From positions 52 to 64,051 of the forward strand of contig JAEUIN010000215.1 in assembly GCA_016793115.1 (NCBI GenBank): DNA of 64,000 nucleotides. The letters run 5' to 3'. Made by a program: the position numbers and the translations under genes. The stretch is from Planctomycetaceae bacterium. Its GTDB lineage: Bacteria > Planctomycetota > Planctomycetia > Pirellulales > PNKZ01. Of the stretch, positions 39,420 through 49,843 are shown one piece after another. Under the pieces are notes generated by a model. It saw only the letters and a list, made by a program, of their open reading frames with translations, did no database searches and was not told where the DNA came from. Numbering within the stretch: position 1 is the stretch's first letter; every line of letters begins with the position of its first letter.

Positions 39420-40793
39420 ATGCCGCAGGCCGTCGACGATTTTCTTTCGAAAAATGCCGCTCGCTACGAAGACGAACTTTGTGAGCTGCTGCGAATTCCG
39501 AGCGTCAGCGCCGACAGCAAGTTCAAAGCCGACGTGCGCCGCGCGGCCGAGTGGGTCGCAGGACAGTTTCGCAACCTTGGCCTGACCACGGAGGTCTGCG
39601 AAACCGCCGGCCATCCGATCGTCTACGCGGAGCACTGCCGGGCGCCGGGGGCTCCGACGGTACTCGTCTACGGCCACTACGACGTTCAACCGCCCGACCC
39701 GCTCGACCTTTGGACGACGCCGCCGTTCGAGCCGACGCGACGCGACGGCAATCTCTATGCCCGCGGCGCCACCGACGACAAAGGGCAGATGTTCACGCAC
39801 GTGAAGAGCGTGGAAGCGTGGATCAAAACGGTCGGCAAATTGCCGGTAAACGTCAAGTATCTCATTGAAGGGGAAGAAGAAGTCGGAAGCGAGCACCTCG
39901 ACGGCTTCATTCGCGACAACGCCGCCAAGTTGAAGTGCGACGTGTGCGTCATCAGCGACACCTCGCAGTTCGGCCCCGGCTCGCCGGCGATCACCTATGG
40001 GTTGCGCGGCATCAGCTACTTCGAACTCAAGCTGCAAGGCCCCGATCGCGATTTACACTCCGGGGTGTTCGGCGGTGCGGTCGCCAATCCGGCCAACGCG
40101 CTCGCCAAAATGCTCGCCGCGCTGATCGATGACGAAGGGCGGGTACAAGTCCCCGGTTTCTACGATGACGTCGCGCCGCTTTCCGATCGCGAGCGCAAAC
40201 AATTCGCCGACTTGGCGTACGACGAAGCCGAGTTCATGCAAGCGATCGGCGTCGACGCCTTGCGCGGCGAAACCGGCTTCACGAATATCGAACGCCGCTG
40301 GGCACGGCCCACGTGCGACGTCAACGGGCTCACGTCCGGCTACCAAGGCGAAGGGGCCAAAACCGTTTTGCCGGCCAAGGCATCTGCGAAGTTCAGTTTT
40401 CGGCTCGTGCCGAAACAAGATCCGGAGAAACTCAAGTCCTCGCTGCAACAGTTTCTACTCCAGCGTTGCCCCACCGGAATCAAGATGGAATTGATCGCCT
40501 ACCACGGCGCGCCGGGCGTCGTCGTACCGCTCGAAAGTCCGTACATGTCCGCCGCGGTGCGTGCCGTCGAGCACGGCTTCGGCCGCAAGCCCGTCTTCAT
40601 TCGCGAAGGGGGCTCGATCCCGGTCGTCTCCACCTTTCATGATCTTCTGGGAGTCGATACCTTACTGCTCGGCTGGGGGCTCAACGACGACAACACGCAC
40701 AGCCCTAACGAAAAATTCCATCTCGCCGATTTCCACCGCGGCATCAAATCGAGCGCCGCGCTTTGGGAAGAACTCGGCAAACTGAAGCATTAA
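39420..40793 (+). CDS. M20 dipeptidase (CNDP/DapE-like)
   Basis: YGHYDVQP, ARGATDDKG, EGEEEVGS, HSPNE. Confidence 0.9.
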   Translation: MPQAVDDFLSKNAARYEDELCELLRIPSVSADSKFKADVRRAAEWVAGQFRNLGLTTEVCETAGHPIVYAEHCRAPGAPTVLVYGHYDVQPPDPLDLWTTPPFEPTRRDGNLYARGATDDKGQMFTHVKSVEAWIKTVGKLPVNVKYLIEGEEEVGSEHLDGFIRDNAAKLKCDVCVISDTSQFGPGSPAITYGLRGISYFELKLQGPDRDLHSGVFGGAVANPANALAKMLAALIDDEGRVQVPGFYDDVAPLSDRERKQFADLAYDEAEFMQAIGVDALRGETGFTNIERRWARPTCDVNGLTSGYQGEGAKTVLPAKASAKFSFRLVPKQDPEKLKSSLQQFLLQRCPTGIKMELIAYHGAPGVVVPLESPYMSAAVRAVEHGFGRKPVFIREGGSIPVVSTFHDLLGVDTLLLGWGLNDDNTHSPNEKFHLADFHRGIKSSAALWEELGKLKH

Positions 40794-40870
40794 AACGACC
40801 AGGTTTTAAGGGCATTGCGTCCCTCCTCTTCAACCCAAACCGCGACCCCTGAAGTCTCAACACCAGAATT

Positions 40871-42145
40871 ATGCTCGACCGAAAATTCATTGCCGAAAAC
40901 GCTTCTCTTGTTGAAGAGAACTGTATACGTCGCAATTCGAAGGCCGACATCGGCAAGTTCGTCGCATTGGAAACGGAGCGGCGCAAGCTGCAGCACGAAG
41001 TCGACGAGCTCAATCGGCAAGCCAATGAAGCGGCAAAGTCGATCGGCAAGGCGAAGCCTGAAGAGCGCGAAGCGTTGAAAGCCAAGGGGCGTGAACTTCG
41101 CGACCAAACCACGGCGGCGGCGGAGAAACTCGCCGCGATCGAGGCCGAACTTGACGCCGTGCAGCGAACCATTCCGAACATGTCGCACCCCCAAGCTCCG
41201 GTGGGGGGCGACGACCAATCCAACCTCGAAGTGCGTAAAGGCAAGCACGCGCCGCCGAAGCTTGATTTTAAGCCGCGCGACCATGTGGAACTTGGCGAGA
41301 AGCTCAAACTCATCGACTTCGACGCCGGAGCGAAAACGACGGGCGCAGGCTTCTACTTCCTCAAGAACGACGCGGTCCTGCTCGAACTCGCACTGCAACA
41401 GTACGCGGTGAACCTGCTCATCGGCGAAGGGTTCACCCCGACGATTACGCCCGACTTGGCCCGCAACGAAGTTTTGCACGGCACGGGTTATATTCCGCGC
41501 GGCCCGGAGACTCAGATTTATAGCATCGCCGACAGCGACTTGAGTCTCGTTGCCACCGCGGAGATCACTCTTGGCGGATACTTCGCCGATACGATCCTCG
41601 AAGAAGAATCGTTCCCGATCAAAATGTGCGGCATCAGCCATTGTTACCGCACCGAAGCCGGGGCGGGCGGACGCGCCTCGCGCGGACTCTATCGGGTGCA
41701 TCAATTCACAAAAGTCGAGATGTTCGCTTTCACGCTGCCGGAACAAAGCGACGCGATGCTTGAGTACTTCTGTGAACTGGAATGCCGCATTTTCGACGGG
41801 CTCGGCATCGCCTACCGCGTGGTCGACACGGCGACCGGAGATCTCGGCGGACCGGCCTACCGCAAATACGACCTGGAAGCCTGGATGCCCGGCCGCGGCG
41901 ACGGCGGCGAATACGGCGAAGTCACGAGCACGAGCAACTGCACCGACTATCAGGCCCGCCGCCTCGGCATTCGCTACAAGAAGAAAGGCGAAAAGGGAAC
42001 GCACTTCGCGCACACGCTAAACGGCACCGCCGTGGCACTGAGCCGCGCGATCATCGCGGTCCTGGAAAACTATCAACAGGCCGACGGCACGATCGTCGTC
42101 CCGGAGGTGTTGCGCAAGTACATGGGTAAAGACAAGATCGGCTAG
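40871..42145 (+). CDS. serS: Seryl-tRNA synthetase
   Basis: ATAE, YRTEAG, GLYRVHQF.KVE, EVTSTSNCTDYQARR, HTLNG. Confidence 0.96.
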   Translation: MLDRKFIAENASLVEENCIRRNSKADIGKFVALETERRKLQHEVDELNRQANEAAKSIGKAKPEEREALKAKGRELRDQTTAAAEKLAAIEAELDAVQRTIPNMSHPQAPVGGDDQSNLEVRKGKHAPPKLDFKPRDHVELGEKLKLIDFDAGAKTTGAGFYFLKNDAVLLELALQQYAVNLLIGEGFTPTITPDLARNEVLHGTGYIPRGPETQIYSIADSDLSLVATAEITLGGYFADTILEEESFPIKMCGISHCYRTEAGAGGRASRGLYRVHQFTKVEMFAFTLPEQSDAMLEYFCELECRIFDGLGIAYRVVDTATGDLGGPAYRKYDLEAWMPGRGDGGEYGEVTSTSNCTDYQARRLGIRYKKKGEKGTHFAHTLNGTAVALSRAIIAVLENYQQADGTIVVPEVLRKYMGKDKIG

Positions 42146-42284
42146 CCCGCCGCCGACGCGGATTTCCGTAACGCTCTTCCGAATTTTGCGCTTTGGCCGG
42201 TAATCGGTTTCGAATTACCAAGTCATTGCGCTTTTGCTTCCCGGCGATATCGCCTCTCCGAAGCACCGGCGCCGGGAGAGCCGT

Positions 42285-42578
42285 ATGTTGTATCAATTCG
42301 TCATGTTGGCCGTGTTGTGCGCGGCCGTGCTCGTGTCGGTTTCGGCGTATCTGCTCATCAAGCATCCGCAGACTGTCGAGCGCTATGCCAAGTGGCTCGG
42401 CTCTCTCGATAAGACCGGCCACACGGCGTTCGCCGTCGTGTTCGGCGTGTTGGGAGCTTTCGCGGTTTACGATCGCTTTTGGTTCGGCGTCGCAGTCTAC
42501 GGCGCGGCGGCGGCGATGTATTCCTACTTCGCGATGAAGAAAGGAAGTATGGCGGAAGCGACGGAGGCGGTTCGCTAG
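42285..42578 (+). CDS. Small membrane protein
   Basis: RBS GGAGAG; three hydrophobic segments. Confidence 0.55.
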   Translation: MLYQFVMLAVLCAAVLVSVSAYLLIKHPQTVERYAKWLGSLDKTGHTAFAVVFGVLGAFAVYDRFWFGVAVYGAAAAMYSYFAMKKGSMAEATEAVR

Positions 42579-42763
42579 CGGAAGAACGGCCGATTACCGC
42601 GCACGCAGTCATTCGATGAGCCCTCCCCCGACCGGCGAGGGCTCTTTTATTTGGCGTTCGAAATATCGCGGGCCGAGACATTGGTAACAATTCGAGCGCA
42701 TCGACGCTTGGCAAATTGTTCCGCAAATCACCCAATTACAGACTATTTCCGCCGGAGACGCCC

Positions 42764-43054
42764 ATGTCCGCCCAACTCCTTACCTTGTTGCCCGCCGTAT
42801 TGATCGGACTCGCCGTCGGACTGGCCGTCCGACACTTTCGTCGCGACTGGGCGATGAACTACGGTAACTGGGCCGCAAACCTGGGCTGGAAAGTCCACGC
42901 CGCCATCGGCCTCATGTTCGCTCTCATGGGATTGCTAGAAACTTTAAATCACCGTTACGTCTACGTGGCCGTGCACGCTACGCTGGCCGTCTTGGCGGTG
43001 TATTGCGCGTTTCGCGCCAAGTTCTATCCGGCTAAGCCTTCGCAAGCTTCCTAG
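42764..43054 (+). CDS. Small membrane protein
   Basis: RBS GGAG; three hydrophobic segments. Confidence 0.55.
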   Translation: MSAQLLTLLPAVLIGLAVGLAVRHFRRDWAMNYGNWAANLGWKVHAAIGLMFALMGLLETLNHRYVYVAVHATLAVLAVYCAFRAKFYPAKPSQAS

Positions 43055-43167
43055 AAACTTCGAGCGCAGCACCGCAGTACCAGCCGCGTCGCCTCCTCGT
43101 CGGCACAGGCACTTAGTCCGACGGAATCGGCTTACTAAGGCGTGGCCGCTTCTCGACTTAGCGTCGA

Positions 43168-43196
43168 TTGACGCATTTTCCCACGGCCGCTACGAT
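43168..43196 (+). promoter_or_regulatory. Sigma70-type promoter of the rpsB operon
   Basis: TTGACG-17 bp-TACGAT, leaving a leader of about 170 nt before rpsB. Confidence 0.75.
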
Positions 43197-43372
43197 AAGG
43201 GGCTACGCCGAACTGAACGGTCCAGTTCGACGCGACTTATGTCGATTTAACCCCGACCGCTGCCCGTGTGAACGCCGGACGCCCGCCTTTCGCTTCGATT
43301 CCGCAAGTTGCGGAAGTCGATCGAGAAGGGGGGACTTTTGCCGGTGTGCCTAGATAAGAATAGGAGTCGTCC

Positions 43373-44128
43373 GTGTCGTCAGAACTCGTTAAGCAGTTGA
43401 TCGAAGCCGGCGTGCATTTCGGACATCGTGCCAGCCGATGGAACCCGAAGATGCGTCCGTACATCTACGGCCGCCGCAACCTGATTCATATTATCGATGT
43501 CCGCGAAACAATCCGCGGACTCATTCGCGCTCGGAAGTATCTCACGCAAGTCTCCGCCCAAGGTAGCTTGATTCAATTCGTCGGCACGAAGCGCCAAGCG
43601 GCCGAAACGGTCGAACGCGAAGGTTTGCGATGCGGCCAACCTTATGTCAACGATCGTTGGCTGGGGGGAACGCTCACCAATTTCCGCACGATTCGGAGCC
43701 GCTTGGCTCGCTTGGAAGAACTGGAATCGCTGAAGAACAGCGACAAGTTCAACGAGTACTCGAAGAAGATGCAATCTTCGCTCAATCGTGAATACCGCAA
43801 GATGTTCCGCAACTTGAACGGGATGCGCACGATGACCCGTCTGCCGGAGTGCATGGTGATCATCGATCCGAAGAAGGAGAAGAACGCCGTGCTCGAAGCC
43901 CGCAAGATGGGCGTCACGACCGTCGCGTTGATCGATACCGACAGCGATCCGGATTTGGTCGATCTCCCGATTCCAGGCAACGACGACAGCATTCGCTCGA
44001 TCGAATTAGTCGTCAACCAATTGGCGTCGGCGATCATTGAAGGCAAGCAAAACGCCGCGAAATACGCTCCGCAAAATGCTTCGGGCGCGGCGGCCTACGT
44101 TAGCCCGGAAACGCCGGACAAGGATTAG
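43373..44128 (+). CDS. rpsB: 30S ribosomal protein S2
   Basis: [27 protein letters not shown]. Confidence 0.97.
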   Translation: MSSELVKQLIEAGVHFGHRASRWNPKMRPYIYGRRNLIHIIDVRETIRGLIRARKYLTQVSAQGSLIQFVGTKRQAAETVEREGLRCGQPYVNDRWLGGTLTNFRTIRSRLARLEELESLKNSDKFNEYSKKMQSSLNREYRKMFRNLNGMRTMTRLPECMVIIDPKKEKNAVLEARKMGVTTVALIDTDSDPDLVDLPIPGNDDSIRSIELVVNQLASAIIEGKQNAAKYAPQNASGAAAYVSPETPDKD

Positions 44129-44143
44129 CGCTTAGAACGCCTT

Positions 44144-44166
44144 CCCCCGGCAGTTTATGCCGGGGG
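44144..44166. repeat. Palindrome family C (CCCCGGCA.TTTATGCCGGGG)
   Basis: CCCCCGGCAGTTTATGCCGGGGG; similar copies at 45911-45931 and 57931-57951. Confidence 0.7.
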
Positions 44167-44291
44167 TAAGCCGACCTTTTGCGTGCTGCGTCATCGACGA
44201 TCGGCGGCGGGCGCTTTGCCCCAGGCTTATTTTGGCCGGGCTACGTCGCCTCAATTTCACAGAGAATTCAAGATTAGTTGGGAGTCAAACA

Positions 44292-45113
44292 ATGGCGGAA
44301 ATTTCGGCCGCGGCCGTTAAAGCGCTGCGCGATGAGACGGGTCAACCGATGATGGATTGCAAAGCCGCCCTGGTCGAGGCCGGCGGCGACAAGGCCAAGG
44401 CGATCCAGATCTTGCGCGAGAAGGGCAGCAAAGTCCAAGCCACACGCCTCGGCCGCGACACTGAGTTCGGCCGCATCGGGGTGTTCGTCGACGACAAGGG
44501 AGGGGCGCTGGTCGAAATTCTCTGCGAAAGTGCGCCGGTGGCCAACGGTCCCGACTGCCGCCAGTTCGCCGAAGATTGCGCCAAAGCCCTGGCGACGAAT
44601 CCCGCTGTGAAGTCCGCCGACGAGCTTCTCAAGCTCAAGTCGTCGAGCCGACCGGGCACGCTGCTGGAGCAAAAAGACGACTTGTTCAACCGACTCCGCG
44701 AAGTGTTCAACATCGGTCGCTTCGTGAAATACGCCGGTACCGTCGTCGGCTACGTTCACGCGACAGGCGATCTCGGTTCGCTGGTCGAATTCGAAGGTTC
44801 CGATCCGGTGGTCGCGAAAGATATCGCGATGCATATCGTCGCCACCAGCCCCTTGGCCGTTACGAAGGAAGAACTCGACCCGGCTGAAGTCGAAAAGGAA
44901 CGAGCTTTCCTCACCGATCAGGCTCGTAAGGAAGGCAAGCCGGACAATATCATCGCCAAGATGATCGAAGGCCGGATGAAGAACTTCTATTCGGCGCGGG
45001 TCCTGCTCGAACAGCCGTTCGTAAAAGACCAAGAGCAGACCGTAGACAAACTTTTGAAGTCGAAGAATACCAAGATCAAGCGCTTCGTAAACTGGAAGCT
45101 CGGCAAAGCCTAA
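44292..45113 (+). CDS. tsf: Elongation factor Ts
   Basis: VKALRDETG.PMMDCK.AL, IAMHI, KPDNIIAK, LLEQPFVKD. Confidence 0.96.
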   Translation: MAEISAAAVKALRDETGQPMMDCKAALVEAGGDKAKAIQILREKGSKVQATRLGRDTEFGRIGVFVDDKGGALVEILCESAPVANGPDCRQFAEDCAKALATNPAVKSADELLKLKSSSRPGTLLEQKDDLFNRLREVFNIGRFVKYAGTVVGYVHATGDLGSLVEFEGSDPVVAKDIAMHIVATSPLAVTKEELDPAEVEKERAFLTDQARKEGKPDNIIAKMIEGRMKNFYSARVLLEQPFVKDQEQTVDKLLKSKNTKIKRFVNWKLGKA

Positions 45114-45132
45114 TTAGCTAAAGGTGACGTTC

Positions 45133-45900
45133 ATGGGCGGTTCGACGGGTTCTCCGAGCGCGGGCACGACCCGTCGCCGCGTCTTGCTGAAACTCTCCGG
45201 CGAAAGCTTCTGCCACGCCGGCGAACGCGGCATCAGCATGGACGTCGCGATGCATACCGCCCGACAGATCGCGCAAGCCCAGCGCTCGGGCGTGCAAATG
45301 GCGATCGTCACGGGCGGCGGCAACATTCTTCGCGGCGCTCAATTCAAGAGCACCGCCGGAGAAGGCATTCACGAAGCGACGGCCCATCAGATGGGCATGC
45401 TCGCCACGGTCATCAACGGGCTTGCCCTGCAAGACGCGCTCGAATCTCTCGGTTGCGCGGTGCGGTTGATGACGGCCATCAAGATGGAGCCGATCGCCGA
45501 ACCTTACATTCGTCGCCGCGCTCGCCGCCACTTGGAAAAGGGACGCGTCGTCATCATTGCCTGCGGTACGGGTAATCCGTATGTGACGACCGACACCGCC
45601 GCAGCGCAGCGGGCTTTGGAAGTCGAAGCCGAGGTTTTGCTAAAGGCGACGAAGGTCGACGGCGTCTACAGCGAAGATCCGGAAAAGAATCCGCATGCCA
45701 TGCTTTACAGCGAGCTGACCTACTCGGCCGTACTTGAGCAAAAGCTTCGCGTCATGGATCCGACCGCCATCACGCAATGCATGGAGCACGACATGCCGAT
45801 CTTGGTGTTCAACTATCGGAAAGAAGGCAACATCGAACGAGCCGTCCAAGGTGAGCGCTTAGGTACGGTCATTAGCAGCCGCGCCGTGGTGCGCACCTAG
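45133..45900 (+). CDS. pyrH: UMP kinase
   Basis: [35 protein letters not shown]. Confidence 0.96.
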   Translation: MGGSTGSPSAGTTRRRVLLKLSGESFCHAGERGISMDVAMHTARQIAQAQRSGVQMAIVTGGGNILRGAQFKSTAGEGIHEATAHQMGMLATVINGLALQDALESLGCAVRLMTAIKMEPIAEPYIRRRARRHLEKGRVVIIACGTGNPYVTTDTAAAQRALEVEAEVLLKATKVDGVYSEDPEKNPHAMLYSELTYSAVLEQKLRVMDPTAITQCMEHDMPILVFNYRKEGNIERAVQGERLGTVISSRAVVRT

Positions 45901-45910
45901 CCGATTCTTG

Positions 45911-45931
45911 CTCCGGCACTTTATGCCGGGG
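45911..45931. repeat. Palindrome family C copy
   Basis: CTCCGGCACTTTATGCCGGGG. Confidence 0.65.
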
Positions 45932-46015
45932 CCGATCTGCGTTAAACAATCGGGCGACTCACGATCGCCCCGCAACGGAACTACGGAGCGACACCTTTAA
46001 GCGACGAGATTAGCC

Positions 46016-46576
46016 ATGAGCGCCGACGAAATCTTGATGGACGTGGAAGAACGCATGGAAAAAGCCTTGAGCGTGTTGAAGCACGCGCTGATGGGCATTC
46101 GAACCGGTCGGGCCAACCCGGGCCTCGTCGATTCGCTCCGCGTCGAAGTCTACGGGTCGCAAACTCCGATCAAGCAACTTGCGTCGATCGGCGCTCCGGA
46201 GCCGCAACAAATCGTTATCCGTCCCTTCGACCCGACGACGATCAAAGACATCGAGAAGGCCATCATCGCCAGCGGGCTCGGTTTCAATCCGCAAAACGAC
46301 GGTCGCATGATCCGCATCAACGTGCCGCCGCTCTCGACGGAAACACGTCGCAAACTGGTGTCCCGCATCAAAGAACTGACCGAAGAAGCCAAGGTCGCCG
46401 TTCGCAACGTTCGCCGCGACGGCAACAAGGCCGTCGAACAAGCCGAGAAAGATAAGCAACTGTCGGAAGACGATCGGGACAAGGCCAAGGAAGACGTTCA
46501 AGAATTGACAAAGCAGTACGAAGAAAAGGCCAACGCGATGGCCAAAGCGAAAGAAGCGGAAGTGATGGAAGAGTAG
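46016..46576 (+). CDS. frr: Ribosome recycling factor
   Basis: IRTGRANP, NPQNDG, RNVRRD. Confidence 0.96.
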   Translation: MSADEILMDVEERMEKALSVLKHALMGIRTGRANPGLVDSLRVEVYGSQTPIKQLASIGAPEPQQIVIRPFDPTTIKDIEKAIIASGLGFNPQNDGRMIRINVPPLSTETRRKLVSRIKELTEEAKVAVRNVRRDGNKAVEQAEKDKQLSEDDRDKAKEDVQELTKQYEEKANAMAKAKEAEVMEE

Positions 46577-46636
46577 GCCGGACGCGTGCTTGTTTTCGGG
46601 CGGCGTTCGGAATTGATCCAGCTTAGTGACGGGCGA

Positions 46637-47500
46637 ATGAATTCAACGCGACGCGACTTCTTGCGAGTAATGGGCCTCGGGGCGGCGACCGCCATGACAT
46701 CCGCATTCGCGGCCGACAAGAAATCCGACTCACATTCTCGGCCGTCGGCCCGGGAACTTATTAACCGCCCCGGCACCCTCGTCATCGCACATCGCGGATT
46801 GCCGGAGGCATTCCCCGAGAATTCAGTTCCGGCTTTCCAAGCGGCGCTTGAGTACAAACCCGACTTCATCGAGCTCGATTATCGGCATTCGTCGGACGGG
46901 ATTCCGATCGTCATTCACGATGAAAAGCTCGACCGCACGACGGACTCCTTCACACGTTTCGGCCTGAAGGATGTGTTGATAGGAACTAAGACCGCGGCGC
47001 AACTCGCCGAACTCGACGCCGGCACCTGGTTCGGGGCACAATTCGCGGGTACGCCGTTACCGACGCTCGACGCTTCCCTCGATGCGATTCTCGCCGGCAG
47101 TTGCTGCATGGTGGAACGCAAAGACGGCGACGCGAAAACGTGCGTCGAACTCCTCAAACGCAAACGCGTCGAAGATCGCGTGATCGTTCAAGCGTTTGAT
47201 TGGGACTACATCCGCAACGTGCGAAAGCTCAATGCGGATATCGTGACAGGCCTTTTAGGCAAAGGGCCGCTCGACGCCGCGAAGATCGCCGAAGCAAAGG
47301 AAATCGGTTCGGAAGTCGTCGGTTGGGCCGATAAGGATCTGCAACTCGAAGCGATCGCCGCCGCACAGGCCGCAGGACTGAAGGTCTGGTGCTGGACGGT
47401 CAACCAGCCCGAACGCGCACAACAACTCGCCGCAGCCGGCCTTAACGGCCTGATCACCAATCGGGCCGACGTCGCCCGCAAATGGTTAGGGCGTTCCTAA
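46637..47500 (+). CDS. Tat-exported glycerophosphodiester phosphodiesterase
   Basis: TRRDFL Tat motif; IAHRG, PENS, IELD, HDEKLDRTT, WTVN. Confidence 0.88.
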   Translation: MNSTRRDFLRVMGLGAATAMTSAFAADKKSDSHSRPSARELINRPGTLVIAHRGLPEAFPENSVPAFQAALEYKPDFIELDYRHSSDGIPIVIHDEKLDRTTDSFTRFGLKDVLIGTKTAAQLAELDAGTWFGAQFAGTPLPTLDASLDAILAGSCCMVERKDGDAKTCVELLKRKRVEDRVIVQAFDWDYIRNVRKLNADIVTGLLGKGPLDAAKIAEAKEIGSEVVGWADKDLQLEAIAAAQAAGLKVWCWTVNQPERAQQLAAAGLNGLITNRADVARKWLGRS

Positions 47501-47741
47501 ACCTGCGAGTGCCTGCACCGCCGGCATATCCTTCCGCGCCTTTTAATGCCGAATCGTCGGTTCTCGCGTAGCTGATTTAAGGTCGATGGCTCGCCGTCGC
47601 TTCGCGCAAGCGAGCTTGACCCGTTTTTTCGATCGGTCCTATACTCCCCCGCCTCACGAGCCGGTCGCGATATTGTCGCCAGGCCGCCGTGAATTCACTG
47701 TGCGGCACGAGGCCGCGGCAACGGTTAAGGGAGGAACCGCG

Positions 47742-49688
47742 ATGAGTCGGACGCGCTTGCGGACGTTTTGGAGGAACTTGCGGCCGTGGCAGCGTCATGC
47801 CGCAACGGCTACGGCCGTGTTTGGAGTCGTCTTCAGCTGCTTTGCGCTTAAACGATGGCTCGGCCCCGACGACGCCGCCGCGCAGCAGCCGGAACCTGTC
47901 GCACAGCAAGCGGGTTCGCCGGCGGCGGGCGCGCCGAGTGCGACGCCGAATCACGACACGGCCGCCGTCGTTAACGGCGTGCGCATCACACGTCAGCAGC
48001 TCGCCCAGGAATGTCTTCGTCAATTCGGCGAAGGTGTTCTCGACGGACTCGTCAACCGCACCCTCATCGCCGATCACTGCGCAAAACACAACATCGTCAT
48101 CACGCGTCAACAAGTCGACGAAGAAATCGACCGTATGGCCGAACGCTTTGCCGTACCTCGCGACGAATGGCTCAAGATGCTGCAATCTGAACGCAACATC
48201 ACGCCCGAACAGTACGCCAACGACATCATTTGGCCGACGGTGGCGCTCAAGACGATCGCCGCAGCGCAGATTCAACCTACCGAACAAGAAATCGCACAAG
48301 CCTACGAGACGCAGTTCGGCCCGTCGGTTCAATGCCGATTGATTGCGCTCAACGACATGCCTACCGCGCAAAAGGTACTTGCCCAGGCGGCGGCGAGCCC
48401 GGACGACTTCGGTCTGCTCGCGAAGCGCTATTCAGTCGACGTCAACAGCGCCAGCGCCAAGGGCTTGATTCAACCGATTCGCAAGCACATGGGCGATCCC
48501 GCGCTGGAGCAAGCGGCCTTCGCCCTGCAAAAAGGTGCGGTGTCGCCGATCATCCAAGTCGGACAACAATTCGTAATCTTGAAGTGTGAAAATCATTTTC
48601 CGGCGCGACAGATGCCGCTGGCCAACGTACAAAAAGTTTTGGCCGACGGCGTGCGTGACAAGAAGTTGCGACTTGCCTCGACGGACTTATTCGCCCAAAT
48701 CAAGGCGCAATCTCAAGTCGATGTCGTGTTCAACGATGCCGCACGTCGCGTACAAGAACCGGATGTCGCCGCACGCGTCAATGGACGCGTCTTGGCGACG
48801 TCTCAATTGGCCGAAGAATGCGCGAAGCGGCATGGCAAGGAAGTGCTCGACGGCATGATCGGCCGAGCGATCCTGACCGACGCGCTGCAACAGGCCCGCG
48901 TCGAAGTGACTCAAGCCGATCTCGACGGTGAAATCGCCAGGGCCGCGCTGTCCATGGGTAAGACGAAAACGCCCGGCGGCAACGAGCCTGACGTGCAGGG
49001 CTGGCTGAAGGAAGTCGTCGAGGTCCAAAAGATCCCATACGAGCAATATGTCTTCGATACCGTCTGGCCGAGCACCGCGCTGAAGAAGCTGGTCGCCTCC
49101 GGAGTTAAAGTGACGGACGAAGACCTGCAACGCGGCTTCGAGGCGAACTACGGCCCGCGCGTGAAGTGCCGTGCGATTGTGCACAACCAGATGCGTAAGG
49201 CCCAAGAAGTCTGGCAACTCGCTCGCGATAATCCGACCGCCGAAAACTTCGGCATGCTGGCCGAGCAGTATTCGATCGACAACGTCAGCCGAGCGCTCAA
49301 AGGCGAAGTTCCGCCGATCCAACGCCACGGAGGTCAGCCGCGACTTGAAGAAGAGGCGTTCAAGCTTCAACCGGGCGAGCTATCCGGCATTATCCAAGTG
49401 CAAGACACGTTCGTCATTCTCTTCTGTGAGGGCCTCACAAAGCCTCGCCCGATCGAGTTCGCCGAGGTGCGAGATCTGATCTACGAAGATGTCTACGAGA
49501 AGAAAGTGCGAATCGCGATGGCTCAAGAATACGCTCGCCTTCACGAGACGGCGCGAATCGACAACTTTGTGGCCGGAACGGTACAATCCCCGTCGAAAGG
49601 CAAGAGTATCGATCAAATCGCGCCGAACGCGGTTCGTGCCGACGCGGTACAAACCAGCTTCGAGACTCCGGCCGGCATAAACCGCTGA
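47742..49688 (+). CDS. SurA/PrsA-like periplasmic peptidyl-prolyl isomerase with an internal duplication
   Basis: RBS GGAGG; two copies of AxVNG...W(P)..ALK...GP.V.CR.I...F..LA..YS.D...LE..AF.L..G..S. Confidence 0.85.
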   Translation: MSRTRLRTFWRNLRPWQRHAATATAVFGVVFSCFALKRWLGPDDAAAQQPEPVAQQAGSPAAGAPSATPNHDTAAVVNGVRITRQQLAQECLRQFGEGVLDGLVNRTLIADHCAKHNIVITRQQVDEEIDRMAERFAVPRDEWLKMLQSERNITPEQYANDIIWPTVALKTIAAAQIQPTEQEIAQAYETQFGPSVQCRLIALNDMPTAQKVLAQAAASPDDFGLLAKRYSVDVNSASAKGLIQPIRKHMGDPALEQAAFALQKGAVSPIIQVGQQFVILKCENHFPARQMPLANVQKVLADGVRDKKLRLASTDLFAQIKAQSQVDVVFNDAARRVQEPDVAARVNGRVLATSQLAEECAKRHGKEVLDGMIGRAILTDALQQARVEVTQADLDGEIARAALSMGKTKTPGGNEPDVQGWLKEVVEVQKIPYEQYVFDTVWPSTALKKLVASGVKVTDEDLQRGFEANYGPRVKCRAIVHNQMRKAQEVWQLARDNPTAENFGMLAEQYSIDNVSRALKGEVPPIQRHGGQPRLEEEAFKLQPGELSGIIQVQDTFVILFCEGLTKPRPIEFAEVRDLIYEDVYEKKVRIAMAQEYARLHETARIDNFVAGTVQSPSKGKSIDQIAPNAVRADAVQTSFETPAGINR

Positions 49689-49713
49689 TATTTCACCGGT
49701 CTCCGACGAACTT

Positions 49714-49750
49714 AAAGCCCGCTTCGTGAACGAACGAAGCGGGCTTTTCT
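49714..49750 (+). terminator. Intrinsic terminator
   Basis: AAAGCCCGCTTCGT...ACGAAGCGGGCTTTTCT. Confidence 0.8.
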
Positions 49751-49843
49751 CTTGCGCCCCTTGTCAATTTGCGGGCATAACGCCACAAAGAGACTAAGCC
49801 GCGAGGCGCGCCTCATCAACATTTTCCTAAGCATAAGCGGCGC

